A stretch of 64,000 nt of DNA from Blastocatellia bacterium (GTDB lineage: Bacteria; Acidobacteriota; Blastocatellia; UBA7656): the NCBI GenBank assembly GCA_963765495.1, contig CAVXWP010000007.1, forward strand, positions 480,001 to 544,000, in the 5' to 3' direction. A program made the translations under genes and the position numbers. Each line of letters starts with the position of its first letter. Within the stretch, counting starts at the first letter, position 1. Shown here piece after piece: positions 59,628 to 64,000 of the stretch. The notes below the pieces were generated by a model. The model worked only from the letters and a program-made list of their open reading frames with translations, did no database searches and was not told the origin of the DNA.

Positions 59628-60869
59628 TTACGCCTCGCTCACTTTTCTTTCCTTGCGCGAAGGGAAGAGCGCAAACAACAGCAGGACCGCGAGCGCCGAT
59701 AGCGCGGCCCCGAAAACGAATGTAGCCCACGAGCCTATTTGATCCCACAGCAGACCGCCTATGTAACTCGCCGCGATCTGCGTCACTCCGATCACCGTAG
59801 AATAAATCCCTATCGCCGTAGCCCGGCCCGCGCTTCCGGCAGTGTCTACGGCCATAGCCTTTGCCACGCCGTCGGTCAGGGCGGGGAAGAGTCCGTATAT
59901 CGCAAACAGCGGCCACACCATCCACGCCTGATTCGCAAACGCAAAACCTAAGTAAGCCGCCGCGTATATCGCATAGCCGATGATCAAAAGATTTCGACGC
60001 CCGAAGCGGTCGCTTGCGCTACCGGCTGGCATCGAGGCAGCCGCCGCTACGGCGTTGTATAGAGCGTATGCCAGTATGGTCAGGCTTGTTGAAAGCCCTA
60101 TCTGCTCGGAGCGCAAAATCAAAAACGCATTGGCTGAATTCGCAAGCCCGAGTAGCCCGATTATCACAAGCAGTTTTCTGTATTCGCGTGTAGTTCCGGC
60201 AAGCGAAAGTCTCAGGCTTTTTGCGCCCGTCACTATATCGCTGCGCCGCTCTCGAATAGCCAGAATCAAGAGCGCCGCGACCGTTGCCGGTATGGCCGAG
60301 ATCATAAAGATCGAGCGCGCATCAAGCCCCGCCCAGTTGAGCAGCATCAGCCCCGCAATAGGCCCAAAGACAGCGCCCGTCGAATCCATTGCGCGCTCGA
60401 AGCCGAATGCCTTGCCTCGCTGTTTTTCATCCGTGCTCTCGGCGAGCAGTGCGTCTCGCGGCGCGCCGCGTATACCCTTTCCGAAACGGTCGGCGAATCG
60501 CGCTCCAAGGACTACGGGCCAGCTACCGGCAAACGCTATCATCGGGCGCGATACGGCCGTAAGCACATAGCCCGCAAACGCCACGGGTTTTCGCCTGCCT
60601 ATTCGATCCGATATCCACCCCGATATGCCTGAGATGATGCTGGCCGTGCCTACGGCGATGCCTTCTATCAAACCTACGGCGGTCGCGGGCGCGTTTAGAG
60701 TCTGCGTGAGAAAGATAGGCAGTATCGGATAGACCATCTCCGAACTTATGTCGGCAAGCAGGCTGACAAGCCCGATTATGACGGCGCTGCGGGATAGAAC
60801 AGATGCGGAGACAGGATGATCTCTCCGCGTCTCTTCTTCGCGTGTATCGGTTTTTTCTCTATTTTTCAT
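59628..60869 (-). CDS. MFS transporter
   Basis: GWISDRIGRRK, DRFGKGIRGAPRDALL and SDRFGRR motifs; multiple TM segments. Confidence 0.92.
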   Translation of the reverse strand: MKNREKTDTREEETRRDHPVSASVLSRSAVIIGLVSLLADISSEMVYPILPIFLTQTLNAPATAVGLIEGIAVGTASIISGISGWISDRIGRRKPVAFAGYVLTAVSRPMIAFAGSWPVVLGARFADRFGKGIRGAPRDALLAESTDEKQRGKAFGFERAMDSTGAVFGPIAGLMLLNWAGLDARSIFMISAIPATVAALLILAIRERRSDIVTGAKSLRLSLAGTTREYRKLLVIIGLLGLANSANAFLILRSEQIGLSTSLTILAYALYNAVAAAASMPAGSASDRFGRRNLLIIGYAIYAAAYLGFAFANQAWMVWPLFAIYGLFPALTDGVAKAMAVDTAGSAGRATAIGIYSTVIGVTQIAASYIGGLLWDQIGSWATFVFGAALSALAVLLLFALFPSRKERKVSEA

Positions 60870-62697
60870 CAAGCGTAAGGTTGGCGATGAAATACCACGA
60901 GCCGGAAAGGTCAACGTTTATGTTGCCTACGCGTTTGCGCGCTATGACTACGTTGGATGGATACCAGAGGTAAATCTGAGGCAACTGCTCGGCGACCGCT
61001 TTTTGAATTTTTGAATAAATCTCTTTCTTAACGGCTCGATCAGTTGCGCGCTCGGCCTCGATTATCCAGTTGTCCACCTGCGCATCGCAATAACGCATGC
61101 GATTCTGGCCGCCTCGCCCCGTGAGCAGGCTCGATATGTCGAAATACAATTGCTTCTTTGCTTGCGCGTTTGCGCTCGCGTTTATCTCGGCGGCCTGAGC
61201 GGCGAGCCGCACTACTTCGGGGTCCGCGCAGTAGTCGCGTCGAGCGAGTATCGCGTCAAGCTTATCGAATAAAGGTTTCATCTGGGCCGGGTCTGTGGTT
61301 GCGCGCAGGGCGGTTATGGCGCTCGTAAATTCGGGGTTCTGGTACCGGCTGTGATAGACGAATTGAAATACGTCGGTGCTTTGATTTGCGCCTATGCTTC
61401 TGAGGTAATACAGGTCGAACTGCCCTTTTGTGATTCGATCCATCATGGTCGCAAATTCAAGCGAATCGAGCGTGAGCCCGATGCCTACGCGGCGTAGCTG
61501 ATCCTGCAAAATCGCGCCGATGTTGCGCGACAACTGGTTTGTCGTCGTCAACAGATTGATTTCCAGACGAGTCTGCGGCCCGTCGCCGTCCGGGTCTTTG
61601 AATCCCGCCTCATCGAGCAGTTGTTTTGCTCGCTCGGGGTCGAAGTTGTAGACGGGTATCTCCGACTCGTAGGCCCAGTGCCGGGGTGGAAGGATCGCGT
61701 CGGCCTTGCGCGCCTGATCGCGGAGCAGGCGATGAATTATCACCTCGCGGTCGAGGGCAAAAGCCACGGCCTGCCGCAGTTTTTGATTTGCAAGCAGAGA
61801 GTCTTTCGAAAGATTCAGACCCAGATAATCGATGTTTGTGCCGTCGCTTATGTGCACATTTATGTCGCTGCGATTGCCGAGCGCGCGGATGGTTTCGGGG
61901 TCAAACTGCGCGTTATAAGCGAGGTCGGTTTCGCCGCTCATCAACTCGGCCTGTCTCGTGCTGTTGTCGCCGACCACGGTGACATTGACGCGGGGAATCT
62001 TTGGAGCGCCGCCCCAGTAATCGGCGTTCGCTTCGAGCTTGAGCGGCTGGCCCTCGCTGTAAGAGATAAACTTGTACGGACCGCTTCCGACGGGGTTGTT
62101 GATGATGTCGGGGCCTGCGCCTTCGGGGATTATGCCGATGGCGGGCAGGTTATCAATCAGCGTATAAAACGGCTCGCTTGTGTGAAAGACGGCCGTGAGC
62201 GGGTCGGGCGTGTCTACGGATGTGATGCGGTCGAACCCGGCGCGAAGCGGCGATTTGAGCGCAGGCGAAACCAGCGTCTCGAATGTGTATTTCACATCGG
62301 CCGAGGTGAGGGGTTTGCCGTTATGAAACTTCACATCGGGCCGCAGATGAAAAGTAAACGTCTTGAAATCCGTGGGCGGGTCGAAACTCGCAAGCGACGG
62401 GACAAATTCGAAGTTATCGTTTTTGACTACGAGCGTGTCGTAGACGAGTTGCATTATGCGGGCCGAGATACCGTTACCGGCTGAAAACCTCGGGTCGAAT
62501 CCGCGAGGCGGGGCCTCGATGGCTACGACAAGCGTGCCCGGTTCTCCGCCGCGACGACACGCCGCAGACGGTAGAACGCTCGTCATCAAAACCGAAAGCG
62601 CGATTATGAGTTTCAGACGGAGTGAGCGGTCGTTGCGGCTTGAGGTCTTGGATCGAAGATGAGCAGGACCGGGATTGAACGCCTCGGGTAATTTCAT
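60859..62697 (-). CDS. ABC transporter substrate-binding lipoprotein (family 5, Opp/Dpp/Nik)
   Basis: Lipobox SAAC; LRPDVKFHNG.PLTSADVKYT; GSGPYK; LRQAV.FALDR. Confidence 0.9.
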   Translation of the reverse strand: MKLPEAFNPGPAHLRSKTSSRNDRSLRLKLIIALSVLMTSVLPSAACRRGGEPGTLVVAIEAPPRGFDPRFSAGNGISARIMQLVYDTLVVKNDNFEFVPSLASFDPPTDFKTFTFHLRPDVKFHNGKPLTSADVKYTFETLVSPALKSPLRAGFDRITSVDTPDPLTAVFHTSEPFYTLIDNLPAIGIIPEGAGPDIINNPVGSGPYKFISYSEGQPLKLEANADYWGGAPKIPRVNVTVVGDNSTRQAELMSGETDLAYNAQFDPETIRALGNRSDINVHISDGTNIDYLGLNLSKDSLLANQKLRQAVAFALDREVIIHRLLRDQARKADAILPPRHWAYESEIPVYNFDPERAKQLLDEAGFKDPDGDGPQTRLEINLLTTTNQLSRNIGAILQDQLRRVGIGLTLDSLEFATMMDRITKGQFDLYYLRSIGANQSTDVFQFVYHSRYQNPEFTSAITALRATTDPAQMKPLFDKLDAILARRDYCADPEVVRLAAQAAEINASANAQAKKQLYFDISSLLTGRGGQNRMRYCDAQVDNWIIEAERATDRAVKKEIYSKIQKAVAEQLPQIYLWYPSNVVIARKRVGNINVDLSGSWYFIANLTLDEK

Positions 62698-62737
62698 CAC
62701 TTGAAAGATAGATGTCTCCTGCCCGCCGCCTGTCGGC

Positions 62738-63820
62738 TCATTTCGAGTGCTGCAACACGAGGTTGAGTTCTGCCACGCGCTCGCGAATGCGCGCAACCGA
62801 CATCTCGCTCAGCGAGAGCGGCGGCGACACCATAGACTTGACGCGCGCGATGTGATCGAAGGCGCGGCTTATGTGAGTGTTGTTTATTCGGTTCTGGCGC
62901 GCCGCCTCGATCATTGCCCGCCACGCGATGTCTATGCGGTCGGCCGAGCCTGAAACAATCGCCATGTCGTTGCCCGCTTCGATTGCCATCACAGCCGCTT
63001 CCGGCAGATCGCGCGTAGAGCGAACCGCGCCCATCTCAAGGTTGTCGGCTATAGCAAGCCCGCGATAGCCAAGTTCATCGCGCAGGAAGCCGTTTACTAC
63101 GTTCTTTGAGAGCGAAGCCGGAAGCGCAGCCGGTCCGTCCAGCGCCGGATAGTGGGCGTGGCCTACGATGACGCTGGTCAGCCGCGCATTGATCTTGCTG
63201 AAGAGTTCGGTATAAGGCGCGACTTCCTGTTTTTGCAATTCGTCGCGCGAGCGATCAATAGTCGGCAACGCGTTTTGCGGGTCTTCACGCGCTGCGCCGA
63301 GACCCGGAAAATGTTTCCCTATTCCGATGATGCCGCCGCGCTGGAGCCCTTCCAGGTATGCGCCCGCGAGCCTCACGACCTCTGCCACGGTGTTTCCGAG
63401 ATAGCGCCCTTTGAGCCCGTTTTCCGCCGAATCGTTTCGCGCGATGTCGAGCACGGGCGCGAGGTTTATGTTGCAGCCGAGCGTGCGCAGGGCTTCGGCT
63501 GTGATCTCTCCGAAACGGGCCGAAATCGAGGCGTCATCGGAGGCGCGCAGGTGGTCGGCCGAGGGCAAAGGCGAGAAAATCTCTTTCAGCGGATCAACGC
63601 GCCCGCCTTCCTGGGCTATGGCGATAAAGGGGGGCACGTTTATAATCTGCCGTATGGCAGATGTGAGTTCGTGCGCCTGCTGTGCGCTCTCTATGTTGCG
63701 GCCTTCGAGCAGGATGCCGCCGGGTTGAACCGTTTCCAGCAACTCGCGGGTTGAGGCGTCCATTTCGCTGCCCGGCAGACTGATTAATAGTAGCTGTCCG
63801 ATTCTGTGTTCTAATTCCAT
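62738..63820 (-). CDS. nagZ: GH3 beta-N-acetylhexosaminidase-like protein (NagZ-like)
   Basis: QEGGRV, NLAPVLD, KHFPG, PASLS and LRDELGY.GL motifs. Confidence 0.75.
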   Translation of the reverse strand: MELEHRIGQLLLISLPGSEMDASTRELLETVQPGGILLEGRNIESAQQAHELTSAIRQIINVPPFIAIAQEGGRVDPLKEIFSPLPSADHLRASDDASISARFGEITAEALRTLGCNINLAPVLDIARNDSAENGLKGRYLGNTVAEVVRLAGAYLEGLQRGGIIGIGKHFPGLGAAREDPQNALPTIDRSRDELQKQEVAPYTELFSKINARLTSVIVGHAHYPALDGPAALPASLSKNVVNGFLRDELGYRGLAIADNLEMGAVRSTRDLPEAAVMAIEAGNDMAIVSGSADRIDIAWRAMIEAARQNRINNTHISRAFDHIARVKSMVSPPLSLSEMSVARIRERVAELNLVLQHSK

Positions 63821-63926
63821 ATCGTTTTATAGAAACCGGGTATGCCTTTCAAAGCGATCCTCTCTCGAAACGACTCTCGTCCCCGCCCTCAAAATAGATG
63901 ATGATGATACCAGTTCGGATCGAGAC

Positions 63927-64000
63927 CTATTGATCTTCAAACAACGCCCTCAAACTCAGATCATAAGGTTCGCGGGCCACGCCCCGGTCGGTGATTATCG
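63927..64000 (-). CDS. mtnA: 3' end of S-methyl-5-thioribose-1-phosphate isomerase (partial)
   Basis: Minus strand reads ..IITDRGVAREPYDLSLRALFEDQ*, a typical MtnA C-terminus; not in the ORF track. Confidence 0.65.
   Translation of the reverse strand, partial: IITDRGVAREPYDLSLRALFEDQ

Overview
Bacterial chromosome segment, GC-rich. Gene content and repeat style suggest Acidobacteriota, possibly Blastocatellia (inference). About 1-20.2 kb is a complete group 1h (high-affinity, atmospheric-H2) [NiFe]-hydrogenase locus: hhyS, hhyL, NifU-like and conserved accessory genes, maturation protease, hypABFCDE, a gmhA-like gene and YceI. It is preceded by a second, orphan small-subunit gene followed by a cytosolic PAS histidine kinase and a NarL-type regulator, a candidate H2/redox-sensing module. 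Next come a redoxin/beta-barrel gene pair joined in frame by TGA-CCG-CTC-TGA (candidate UxxU selenoprotein), a TonB receptor, acyP, apt, a tRNA-Arg(CCT) with a swapped C19:G56 pair, a PD-(D/E)XK nuclease and a second UGA-readthrough candidate. The rest is mostly core or metabolic: peptidases, gatCA, a KaiC/GAF-kinase module, IHF/HU, a Tat-exported xanthine-dehydrogenase-family operon, lpxB, bamD, rpe, an acyl-CoA ligase, a shortened TIR-TPR gene, MFS, an ABC substrate-binding protein, a nagZ-like gene and the end of mtnA. Many intergenic gaps hold palindromic elements whose arms are tandem 7-, 8- or 9-mers. These fall into several families, some are nested and some invade ORFs. No CRISPR array, rRNA or transposase was seen. 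All calls are from motif recognition by eye; no searches were run.
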